A DNA stretch of 64,000 nt from contig JAZKFH010000013.1 of NCBI GenBank assembly GCA_040386535.1, forward strand, positions 384,928-448,927, read 5' to 3'. Shown piece after piece: positions 56,148 to 64,000 of the stretch. The DNA comes from Myxococcota bacterium (lineage in GTDB: Bacteria > Myxococcota_A > UBA796 > SXON01). Positions within the stretch are counted from its first letter, which is position 1, and every line of letters begins with the position of its first letter. Made by a program: the position numbers and the translations under genes. The notes beneath the pieces are model-generated. The model ran no database searches. It worked only from the letters and a program-made list of their open reading frames with translations, and had not been told where the DNA came from.

Positions 56148-57145
56148 GCGACCCGGGGCGGCCCACGCGCGCCGGGCTGCTCGACCGGTTCGGTCGTCAG
56201 CACACCTACCTCCGCGTGAGCGTCACGGACCGGTGCAACTACCGGTGCGTGTACTGCATGCCGGAGGAGGGGTTGAACTGGCTGCCCCGCGCGGAGCTGT
56301 TGACCTACGAGGAGATCGCCCGGATCGTCGGCATCTTCGCTGGCATGGGCGTCCGCCGCGTGCGCCTCACCGGTGGCGAGCCCACGGTGCGTCGTGACAT
56401 CGGGGCGCTCGTGGGCGCGGTCGCGTCCGTGCCAGGCATCGATGATGTCGCGATGACCACGAACGGGCACACCCTCGCGAAGCAGGCGGCCATGCTTGCC
56501 GGCAAGGGGCTCCGGCGCGTGAACGTGTCGCTCGACTCGCTCGATCCAGGCCGCTTCGCAAAGCTCACCCGGGGCGGACGCCTCGATCTGGTGCTCGAGG
56601 GCATCGCCGCCGCGCGCGCCGCCGGGCTCACCCCCATCAAGATCAACATGGTCGTGATGAAGGGGGAGAACGACGACGAGGTCGTCTCGATGGCGCGCCA
56701 CTTCCTGCCCGACGCGGCGGACACCGTGCTCCGTTTCATCGAGTACATGCCGTTCGAAGCGCGGTGGCACGCGAGCACGACCGCCGCGGAGATGCGCACG
56801 CGCCTCGCGACGATCGCGCCGGTCGAGCCCTGCGACGAGACGCTCGGCGGCGGCCCCGCGCGCTACTGGCGGGTCGGCGCGCTCCGCGTCGGCTTCATCG
56901 CGCCCCTCACCGAACACTTCTGCGCGTCGTGCAACCGGCTGCGCCTGCTCGCCGACGGGCACCTGCGCACCTGCCTCGCGCACGAGGACACGCCGAGCCT
57001 GCGCGATCTCGTGCGGAGCGGCGCTTCTGACGCTTCGATCGCCGAAACCATCCGTACCATCGTACGCGGCAAGCCCGCCGGACACGAGGCGGAGACCGAC
57101 GGAGGGCGATTGTTCGAGGGCGTGATGACCGGGATCGGCGGTTAG
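56144..57145 (+). CDS. moaA: GTP 3',8-cyclase (radical SAM)
   Basis: YLRVSVTDRCNYRCVYCMP, RLTGGEP, FCASCNRLR...C and a C-terminal IGG. Confidence 0.96.
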   Translation: MSDPGRPTRAGLLDRFGRQHTYLRVSVTDRCNYRCVYCMPEEGLNWLPRAELLTYEEIARIVGIFAGMGVRRVRLTGGEPTVRRDIGALVGAVASVPGIDDVAMTTNGHTLAKQAAMLAGKGLRRVNVSLDSLDPGRFAKLTRGGRLDLVLEGIAAARAAGLTPIKINMVVMKGENDDEVVSMARHFLPDAADTVLRFIEYMPFEARWHASTTAAEMRTRLATIAPVEPCDETLGGGPARYWRVGALRVGFIAPLTEHFCASCNRLRLLADGHLRTCLAHEDTPSLRDLVRSGASDASIAETIRTIVRGKPAGHEAETDGGRLFEGVMTGIGG

Positions 57146-57219
57146 CCGAGGCGCTCGTCGCGGATCGTCGAGGCAGACCCCCTCGACGCGGGGGCAGCGG
57201 TTGCGCTACGCTGGCGGCG

Positions 57220-58086
57220 ATGCTGCTCCTCGTCGCCGCGGCCTGGGCCGCCTTTCCGGAAGACGTGTCCCTCACCGAGATGGACGAGTTCGCCGGCGCC
57301 TCCACCTACCTGCCGGACTCGACCCAGGCTGGGAACGATTTTGTCGTGACCGGCTACCAGACCATGGTGAAGGAGCTCGGGACCGCCATCGCCAACAAGC
57401 CGATGGCGCCCGGTGAGTCCCTCGGGATCAACGGCTTCCAGGTCGGGATCGCCAACACGTTCGCCTTCGTGCGCACAGGCAGCACCGACGGTACGCACCC
57501 CACCGGGTGGGACCTCGCCGACAAGGACGAGGATCCCCAGACCTACCTGTTCATCCCGTGGCTCCAGGTGCGCAAGGGGCTGCCCGCCTCGCTCGAGATC
57601 GGCGCCAACGCGGGCTGGATCGGCCTGACGCGCACCGGCGTGTTCGGCGTTTACGGGCGCTGGTCGGTGGTCGAGGGCTACCGTCGCATCCCGGATGTCG
57701 CGCTGCAGGTCGGCTACGCCGGCTACGTCGGCAACGACGAGCTCGAGCTGGGCGTGATGGACATGTCCGCCACCATCGGGTACTCGCTTCCGTTCGGCGT
57801 CACCGAGGGGATCAACCAGGCCGTGTTCAGCCCGTATGTCGGCATCGGCCTGAACCGGATCCACGCGGCGCCCCGGGGCGATCTGTCGCGTACCGATCTG
57901 GAGGGCCGCATCACCGAGGTGACCGGCTTCAAGGCGGACACCGAACACTTCGTCGAGGGCTTCGTGCCCATGCAGCTCGACGGCGGCTTCCGCATCACCA
58001 ACGGGGACTTCTCGGCGACCCTCGCCGCGACCTACTCGCCCGGCCTGATCGCGACGGTCAACCTGGGGTTCGGCTTCGTCTACTGA
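57220..58086 (+). CDS. Putative outer-membrane beta-barrel protein
   Basis: Short signal-like N-terminus, amphipathic beta strands and a C-terminal aromatic signature (VNLGFGFVY). Confidence 0.6.
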   Translation: MLLLVAAAWAAFPEDVSLTEMDEFAGASTYLPDSTQAGNDFVVTGYQTMVKELGTAIANKPMAPGESLGINGFQVGIANTFAFVRTGSTDGTHPTGWDLADKDEDPQTYLFIPWLQVRKGLPASLEIGANAGWIGLTRTGVFGVYGRWSVVEGYRRIPDVALQVGYAGYVGNDELELGVMDMSATIGYSLPFGVTEGINQAVFSPYVGIGLNRIHAAPRGDLSRTDLEGRITEVTGFKADTEHFVEGFVPMQLDGGFRITNGDFSATLAATYSPGLIATVNLGFGFVY

Positions 58087-58150
58087 CGCGACTCGCGCGA
58101 CTGACAGGATTGGCGGTCGGTCCGGGCCTACCGGTTAGGCACGTGAACCC

Positions 58151-60457
58151 GTGATCCTCCCCCTCCTCGTCGCGCCGCCCGCGCTTGCCCTCCAGATCGA
58201 GGTCCGCGCCGAGGTCTCGCCGGATCTGCGCACCATCCGCGGCACGCTCCGGGTGGACGAGCCCGTCGTGTTCGTGGACCCGCTCGCGGCGCTTCCGGCG
58301 CCACCCGACGATCGCACGCTGTTCCGCACGTTCCCGGGGGCGGCGGACCCCGGCGCGATGACGTGGGCCGAGGATCCGGCCGTCCCGGGCACCTGGCGCT
58401 TCGAGACGCGACTCCCGGTCCGCTACGGCGACCTCGGCGTGCTCCCGGGGGACGGGGCGTGGGCCAACGGCGGCTGGTATCCGCAGCCCGTCGGGGAGCA
58501 TGGCGAGGCGCGGGTCGCGACGTGGACGGTGGACGTGACGCTGCCCGAGGGCGTGGTCGGCGTGCTCAACGGGGCGGTGGGCGAGACGGCGCTCGCATGG
58601 CGAGGCACCTCCGATCGCGCCGCGCTGGCCGTGATCGTGGGGGCGCGCGTCACGGAGCTGCCGGTGCGGGCCGGGGTCGTGCGCTTCGTCGAGCGGAACG
58701 GGAAGGAGCGCGCCGTCGCGAAGCTCCTGACGCAGGTCGTGGACGACGCGTGGCCGCTCGCCACGCCGCCGGACCTCACGGTTGTCGAGGATCTCGATCT
58801 GCTGCGGCTCGCGCGCGCCGCGCCCGGCACCGTGTTCCTCTCCGACCGGACCTTCCGCCTCTCGCCGGGGTTCCTGCGGCCCTACCACGTAGGCGCGGTG
58901 CGACGGGAGGTGGCGGCGGCCGCGTTGCAGGCCCAGAGTGCCTCCGCGGCCGAAGGCGCTCCAACCGATTTCGCCGACGGCTGGATGCGCGACTTCGGCG
59001 CCGCCGCCCTCTCCGCGGAGCTGCCTTCTCCCTCCGTCCGCAAGCTCCTGGGCTGGTTCTCGTGGAACCCGGTCATCGACGCCTTGCTCTACGACGGCAC
59101 GCTGCCCTACTTCGCCGACGTGTTCGACGAGCCGTTCGGCGGCCCGCCGGGCGTGCTCGACGTGCTCGGCGGGCGCATCCCGGGCCGCGCGGCCGCCGTC
59201 CAGCTCGACGATCTGCGCGGGAAGGGCACGGCCGCTGCTCTGACCCGCCGCCTGCTCGCCGGCGACACCCTGCTCGACGCGACGGCGGCGCTCGACGTGC
59301 CCCCCGCGCTCGTGGACGCGTGGCGCGCGCCGTACCCCGATACCCAGGACTACGTCGTGCGCGTGGACGTCACCGGCGCGCGCGTCGAACGCCACGCCCC
59401 TGACGACGCGCCGCCCGAGGTCGTCGTGGTGCAGGTCGACGGCGAGCGGCAGCCCGCCTGGCTCACCGGCACGGGGCCGGACGCGCTGCCCCTGGTCTCC
59501 GGGAAGGAGCCGCGGCCCACCGCCGTGCGCGTCGATCCGGATGGCCATGTCCGCGAGTCCGACCTCGCCAACGATCGGTGGCCGGTGAAGTGGACCCTCG
59601 TGGTCAACGGCGGCATCTACAACATCAACCCCTCGCAGCACTCGTTCGATCTCGCCGCGGACCTGCTGTTCCGCCGTCGCAACGACAGCCGAAACCTCTA
59701 CCTGTTGAGCTTCGATCACGACGCGCAGGACCTCCTCTCCGTGAGCGCGGGCTGGGTGCGGTGGCTCGGTCCGCTCGTCGATCGCCGCACCCGCACGCAC
59801 CGCCTCTCGTTCTTCGCGGGTCCGTCCCTGCTCGATCCGGCGTTCCGCCCCACCGATCGGGGCGCCGTCGCGCTCGGCGCCGCGGCCGGGTACGCCTGGG
59901 ATACGCGCACCGACGAGTACTTCGCGCTCTCCGGCCATCGCCTCGCGCTCTCGGTCGGCGGCGGGCTGGTGCCGCAGAGCGACGATCGATGGGCGAGCGC
60001 GTCGGTGCTCGGCGTCAAGCTGCTCTCGCCCCACCCGCGGCACGTCTTCGCCGTCAAGGCCAAGGTGGGCATCGCGACGGGCGCGGTCGAGCACCGCCTC
60101 CTCCCGCTCGGCGGGGGAGGGGACGTGCGCGCGATCCCCGAGGCCGCGATCGTTGGGAACCAGCGTGTGAACGGCTCGTTCGAGTACCGCTGGGCGCCGC
60201 TCCGCAACGCGTCGATCCCGCTGCCCCTCCTCTGGCTCTCGGAGCTGCACCTCTCCCCGGGCGTCGACGCGGGCGTGGTGTGGCGGGACGGGGAGCGCCA
60301 CGCCGCGGTCGGCGCCGCGCTCGGTGCGCACGTCATCACGGAGCTCCTCGGCGCGAAGGGCTCGCTCGCCGGGGTCACCGTCGCGGCGCCGCTGTGGACG
60401 GACGGGGTCGACACGGATGGGCTACAGCTCTACATCGACTTCAGTCACGCCTTCTGA
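58151..60457 (+). CDS. Exported protein: M1-aminopeptidase-like (non-catalytic) N-terminus fused to an Omp85/BamA-TamA-type barrel
   Basis: M1-like I...V.PD.RTIRG, WYP, VTLP and VDP...E.D.AN; barrel motifs LGG..DVRA, SFEYR and GVDAG; ends LYIDFSHAF. Confidence 0.65.
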   Translation: MILPLLVAPPALALQIEVRAEVSPDLRTIRGTLRVDEPVVFVDPLAALPAPPDDRTLFRTFPGAADPGAMTWAEDPAVPGTWRFETRLPVRYGDLGVLPGDGAWANGGWYPQPVGEHGEARVATWTVDVTLPEGVVGVLNGAVGETALAWRGTSDRAALAVIVGARVTELPVRAGVVRFVERNGKERAVAKLLTQVVDDAWPLATPPDLTVVEDLDLLRLARAAPGTVFLSDRTFRLSPGFLRPYHVGAVRREVAAAALQAQSASAAEGAPTDFADGWMRDFGAAALSAELPSPSVRKLLGWFSWNPVIDALLYDGTLPYFADVFDEPFGGPPGVLDVLGGRIPGRAAAVQLDDLRGKGTAAALTRRLLAGDTLLDATAALDVPPALVDAWRAPYPDTQDYVVRVDVTGARVERHAPDDAPPEVVVVQVDGERQPAWLTGTGPDALPLVSGKEPRPTAVRVDPDGHVRESDLANDRWPVKWTLVVNGGIYNINPSQHSFDLAADLLFRRRNDSRNLYLLSFDHDAQDLLSVSAGWVRWLGPLVDRRTRTHRLSFFAGPSLLDPAFRPTDRGAVALGAAAGYAWDTRTDEYFALSGHRLALSVGGGLVPQSDDRWASASVLGVKLLSPHPRHVFAVKAKVGIATGAVEHRLLPLGGGGDVRAIPEAAIVGNQRVNGSFEYRWAPLRNASIPLPLLWLSELHLSPGVDAGVVWRDGERHAAVGAALGAHVITELLGAKGSLAGVTVAAPLWTDGVDTDGLQLYIDFSHAF

Positions 60458-60502
60458 AGCCCACGTCTCACGACCCGCGACCTCGAATCCGGAGGATCTC
60501 CC

Positions 60503-60877
60503 ATGCTCCTGCTCACCCTCTTGCTGGCCGGCTGTGACCTCGAGAAGCTCGGCGCCTACACCTGCGACGAGTATTGCGACCAGGTGCTCTCGAAGACCTC
60601 CGACTGCGCCGAGGAGGCCGCCCAGCAGGAGTGTCTGGACGCCGGCGGCACCGATTGTGACGTGTTCACCGAGGAGCAGCTCGCCGAGTACGCCTCGACC
60701 GCGCGCGAAGACTGGGCCGAGTCCAGCCGCGCCGAGATGGTCGCCTCTTGCCAGGCCGACATCGAGAAGGCCGAGAAGAAGGACAGCGCGTGCCAGGCGG
60801 AGACCGCCACGATCAACAACCTGACGTGTGATCAGATCCTCGACACGCTCTCCGCGATCGCGACGGCCGCGCAATAG
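60503..60877 (+). CDS. Small Cys-rich acidic lipoprotein
   Basis: LLAG|C lipobox, 8 further Cys, GGAGG RBS. Confidence 0.75.
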   Translation: MLLLTLLLAGCDLEKLGAYTCDEYCDQVLSKTSDCAEEAAQQECLDAGGTDCDVFTEEQLAEYASTAREDWAESSRAEMVASCQADIEKAEKKDSACQAETATINNLTCDQILDTLSAIATAAQ

Positions 60878-60941
60878 CGCCGATCGGGGCGGCGCGAAGT
60901 CCGCCCTACTCTTGGCGCGTCAATGGCGCTAAGCTCTCTCC

Positions 60942-61679
60942 GTGCTGTTGATGATCCTCCTCGCGTGCGCCCCCTCGATCCACCGGATCCCGGGGCCGCT
61001 CGCCGGGGTCGGGCGCGATCCCGGCTCTGCATGGGTGATCGCGCAGACTCCCGAGCGGAGCGAGAAGCCAGCCCGGGCCGAGAAGCGTCCGCGCTCCGAC
61101 AGGCCTGGACCCGCGCCGACCGCCATCGCCGAGGCCGCCACCGCGTTCGTGGGCGCCAAGGCGCTCCTCGTCGACGGGGAGAAGTACCGGTGGGACTGCT
61201 CGGGGCTGGTCGAGGCCTCGCTCGCGTCGGCCGGCTGCGCGTTCAAGGGCAGCTCCGCCATGTTGTTCGACCAGGCGAAGGAGGAGCGGGTGCTCCATCG
61301 ACGTCGCATCCCGACGCCCGGCGACATCGCCTTCTTCGACGACACGTACGATCGCAACGGCAACGGCCGCCTCGACGATCCGCTCTCGCACGTGGCGGTG
61401 GTGGAGTCGGTGGCGGCGGACGGCACGATCACGATGGTCCACGTCGGGTCCAAGGGCGTGGTGCGGCTGACGATGAACCTTCGCCATCCGGAGGAGCGCA
61501 CGGACGCCGCCGGCAAGGTCCTCAACGACAACCTGCGCGCGCGCGGGAAGAGCGACTCGCCGCGCACCCGCTACCTCACGGGCGAGCTGTGGGTGGCGTT
61601 CGCGTCGTACTGGGACAGCCCGGCCGCGAAGCGGCAGGCCGCCGTTCACGTCGTGAGCGTCGACCGCTCGACGAGGTAG
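60942..61679 (+). CDS. NlpC/P60 (CHAP-like) cell-wall peptidase, probable lipoprotein
   Basis: LLA|C, WDCSGLV, PGDIAFF, SHVAV and a following His (MVH). Confidence 0.85.
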   Translation: MLLMILLACAPSIHRIPGPLAGVGRDPGSAWVIAQTPERSEKPARAEKRPRSDRPGPAPTAIAEAATAFVGAKALLVDGEKYRWDCSGLVEASLASAGCAFKGSSAMLFDQAKEERVLHRRRIPTPGDIAFFDDTYDRNGNGRLDDPLSHVAVVESVAADGTITMVHVGSKGVVRLTMNLRHPEERTDAAGKVLNDNLRARGKSDSPRTRYLTGELWVAFASYWDSPAAKRQAAVHVVSVDRSTR

Positions 61680-63301
61680 GGGCCGAGCAGGAGCGCGTCC
61701 ACCTCGGAGGCGCGCCAGGAGCGGATCGCGTCGCCCGGGCTGCACACGATCGGCTCGCCGGCGAGGGCGAAGTCGAGCTGGGCGACCGCGGCGGTGCCGG
61801 TCAGGCGGCGCACCTCTTCGAGCAGGAGCGCGAGGTCCGGCGCCGCCTCGGGATCGACGACGTAGGGGAGCGCGGTGCCGTCGCGCGAGACCACGCCGGG
61901 GTGGGCCGCGGCAAAGGCGGGGAGCGCGCGCGGCGCGAGCGTGCGGAACTGGGCGGAGCCCTCGGCGCGGTCGAGATGGGCGAAGGCCGCGTCAGCGTCG
62001 GCGGCGAGCAGGGCACAGCCGACGCTGCTCCACTCCTTGCGCTGGAGCGAGGCGAGCGCGCGGTCCCGCAGGGCGACGTCGTCCGCGCGGAAGAGCACGG
62101 TGCGGTTCGCGAGCGCGCGGGGGCCGACCTCGAGCCCCCCGTCGAAGCGGGCCACGGTGCGCCCGGCGGCGACGAGCGCGGCGGCGGTCCGCGCGGGATC
62201 GTCCACCTTCTTGCGGGGGAGCGAGGCGACCGAGAGCGCCTTGTAGCAGTGGGTCTCGGTGTAGCGGGGCCCGAGGCCGAGGGTGGGGAGGCGGCGCATC
62301 GGGATGCCGGCCACGCCGAGGGCGGCGCCGATGGCGAGCCCCTCGTCGCCCATCGCGGGGAACACGGAGAGCGACTCGACCGTCGGCTCGGCGAGGAGGC
62401 GTGCGGCAAGACGGGGATTCGCGAACAACGCTCCGGCGACGACGACGTGGCCGAGCCGCGTGCGGGCCACGTGGTGGCGGACGAAGGCCGCGACGGCCTC
62501 CTCGATGGCTTCCTGGGCGGCGGCGGCGACGTCGGCGGGGGCGTGGCGGCGCACCAGCGCGAGCAGCGGATCGGGGTTGCCGACGAGCCCCTTGCCGATG
62601 AAGCCGTCTCCCTGGATGCCGACCTCGCGCGCGAACGCCGTGCGCAGCGCCTCGGGGACGGTGCCCCCGGCGGCGAGGGCGTGCAGGTCGATCGCGTCGA
62701 TCTGGAGCACCTGGGCGATGCGCCCGGGGAACGTGGAGATGGACGCGAGGGAGGTCTGGAGGAAGATGCGGTCGAGCTGGAGGTGGCGGCCGACGCTCAC
62801 GGTCACCGCGGCGCCGTCCCCCGGCGTGTCGAGGGTGATGACGAGCGCGTCGCTCCGGTCCTGGCAGCGGTAGGCCGCGGTGGCGTGGGCGCGGTCGTGC
62901 TCGTGCAGATCGATCGACGCCTTCTCGAAGCCGAGTGCGCGCATCTTCGGCTGGAGCAGCTTCCTGGCGATGTCCTGCTCGACCATGTAGAGGCCGGACG
63001 CCCGGAGCGCGGCCTGGTAGCCACGGTAGGCCTCGCGCCAGCGCGGCGTGACGCGTTCGCGCAGGTCGGGCCGGGCGCGCAGGACCGAGGCGTGCGAGGA
63101 GGTGCCGCCGAACACGACCCGGTCGACATCGCGCGCGCGGAGCCCGGCGACGTCGAGCACGGCGTCGATGGCGCCGGAGGGGAACGCGCGGGAGTGCCGC
63201 TCGCGGTCGATGCGCTCCTGGGCCACGGCGGCCACGAGCGAGCCGTTGACGACGAGCGCCGCGCTCGCATCGGGACCGTCAGCGACGCCGAGGATGATCA
63301 T
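61646..63301 (-). CDS. NodU/CmcH/TobZ carbamoyltransferase-like protein with degenerate motifs
   Basis: ILG...DASAAL, ER..R.RH...FP..AI, AH, PAMGDEG, LGP, E.GPRAL.NR, DGTA and GEPIV.SP.DA. Confidence 0.82.
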   Translation of the reverse strand: MIILGVADGPDASAALVVNGSLVAAVAQERIDRERHSRAFPSGAIDAVLDVAGLRARDVDRVVFGGTSSHASVLRARPDLRERVTPRWREAYRGYQAALRASGLYMVEQDIARKLLQPKMRALGFEKASIDLHEHDRAHATAAYRCQDRSDALVITLDTPGDGAAVTVSVGRHLQLDRIFLQTSLASISTFPGRIAQVLQIDAIDLHALAAGGTVPEALRTAFAREVGIQGDGFIGKGLVGNPDPLLALVRRHAPADVAAAAQEAIEEAVAAFVRHHVARTRLGHVVVAGALFANPRLAARLLAEPTVESLSVFPAMGDEGLAIGAALGVAGIPMRRLPTLGLGPRYTETHCYKALSVASLPRKKVDDPARTAAALVAAGRTVARFDGGLEVGPRALANRTVLFRADDVALRDRALASLQRKEWSSVGCALLAADADAAFAHLDRAEGSAQFRTLAPRALPAFAAAHPGVVSRDGTALPYVVDPEAAPDLALLLEEVRRLTGTAAVAQLDFALAGEPIVCSPGDAIRSWRASEVDALLLGPYLVERSTLTT

Positions 63302-63359
63302 CGGGCCGGGCTAACACGTGGGTTGCGCGTTGCCCCCGGCCCGGCGGGGTACCCGGACC

Positions 63360-64000
63360 CTACCGCTCGAGGATCTCCTCGCCGACCTCGACCGCGAGCT
63401 CCTCTCCGTCGAGCTCGAACGGCCCGCCGCCCATCGCGCGCCGGTACACCTCGACCATGCGCCCGCCCATCGCGTGGGTCCGCCGGTGGGCGCCCCAGCC
63501 CGCGAGGCCGGCGCCGAGGCCCGGGATGAGCCGCGTGATCCGGCTCATCACGGTCGCCGTGGCGCGCACCACGACCTGTCGCGCGAGCCACGCGCTCGCC
63601 TGGCGGGTGGCCGGGACCTGGGAGCGCAGCAGGTCGGGCAGCTCGCGCACCTTGAGCCCCACGGGGCCCTGCGCGGGGAGCTCGAGGTCGTAGGCCGCCG
63701 CGAGGGCCCGCCACATCAGGAGCTTGCCGACATCGGTCTCGGGGTCGAACCCGTGGAGCACCGCGAGCCGCTGGGCGAGCCGGAGGCTGGACACGATGGA
63801 CGCGAGCACCTCGGGCGGGATGGCGACGGCGCCCACGAACCCGCTCGCGACGCCGAACGCGGTCGCACGGCCGCGGGCGTGGCTGATGATCCGGGCGGCG
63901 GACGTGTCGAGCTCGGCGGTGGAGGGGAAACTCCCGGCGTCGGGGTCGTGGTACGCGAGACCGGTGTCCCGCATCCACGCCCGCACGTCCGCCGTCGGCA
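63360..64000 (-). CDS. EcsC family protein (5' end at or beyond the right edge)
   Basis: G.ASG..G...IP.E...LR...LA..HGFDP and IP.LGA. The frame stays open to the window end. Confidence 0.7.
   Translation of the reverse strand, partial: PTADVRAWMRDTGLAYHDPDAGSFPSTAELDTSAARIISHARGRATAFGVASGFVGAVAIPPEVLASIVSSLRLAQRLAVLHGFDPETDVGKLLMWRALAAAYDLELPAQGPVGLKVRELPDLLRSQVPATRQASAWLARQVVVRATATVMSRITRLIPGLGAGLAGWGAHRRTHAMGGRMVEVYRRAMGGGPFELDGEELAVEVGEEILER

Noticed and set aside
34307..57145. Selenocysteine (UGA) readthrough in genes near selA or the Moco genes
   Set aside because: TGA stops coincide with the expected C-termini, and the missing Cys in Mrp is not encoded by TGA.
58096..58106. CGCGACTGACA also present at 12466-12476 in the gsp enhancer region
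   Set aside because: The second half-site is missing, no -24/-12 box follows, and an 11-bp match is plausible by chance.
1..64000. Prophage, IS, integrase or anti-phage defence island
   Set aside because: No transposase, integrase, phage or defence-type motifs, and no visible compositional shift. The cyclase lacks an adjacent Pycsar-type effector gene.

Overview
Very GC-rich bacterial chromosomal window. Gene content and protein styles point to Myxococcota or a related deltaproteobacterial lineage (inference). I see no mobile element, CRISPR array, rRNA or tRNA. Left to right: maeB (cut by the left edge), a HypA-like gene, a Suv3-like helicase, an AstE/AspA deacylase, a PAS hybrid kinase, RlmI, a degenerate PncB and a class III cyclase with FHA-like domains. 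A complete gspC-N type II secretion operon follows, behind a clear sigma-54 promoter with two palindromic enhancer-like sites, and then a 1490-aa Cys/Asp-repeat + FG-GAP lipoprotein and a GAFTGA-less NtrC-like regulator. The middle holds mltD, moeA-mobA, a membrane kinase, selA, a J-like/HTH protein, rluD, three tandem paralogous lipoproteins, DUF1844, bamD, an SDR and alaS-pilT-recA-cinA. The right end has yqgF, moaB(fusion)-mrp-moaA, an envelope cluster (beta-barrel, pseudo-M1-peptidase/Omp85 fusion, Cys-rich lipoprotein, NlpC/P60), a degenerate carbamoyltransferase and an EcsC-like gene. Highlights: (1) the regulatory and cargo context of the T2SS; (2) the pseudo-peptidase-Omp85 fusion cluster; (3) many intact ORFs that have lost family-defining catalytic motifs; (4) a recurrent TANNNT box 6-7 nt before start codons, suggesting leaderless mRNAs; (5) a ~200-nt multibranched intergenic structure. 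All family calls come from motif recognition by eye; no database searches were run.
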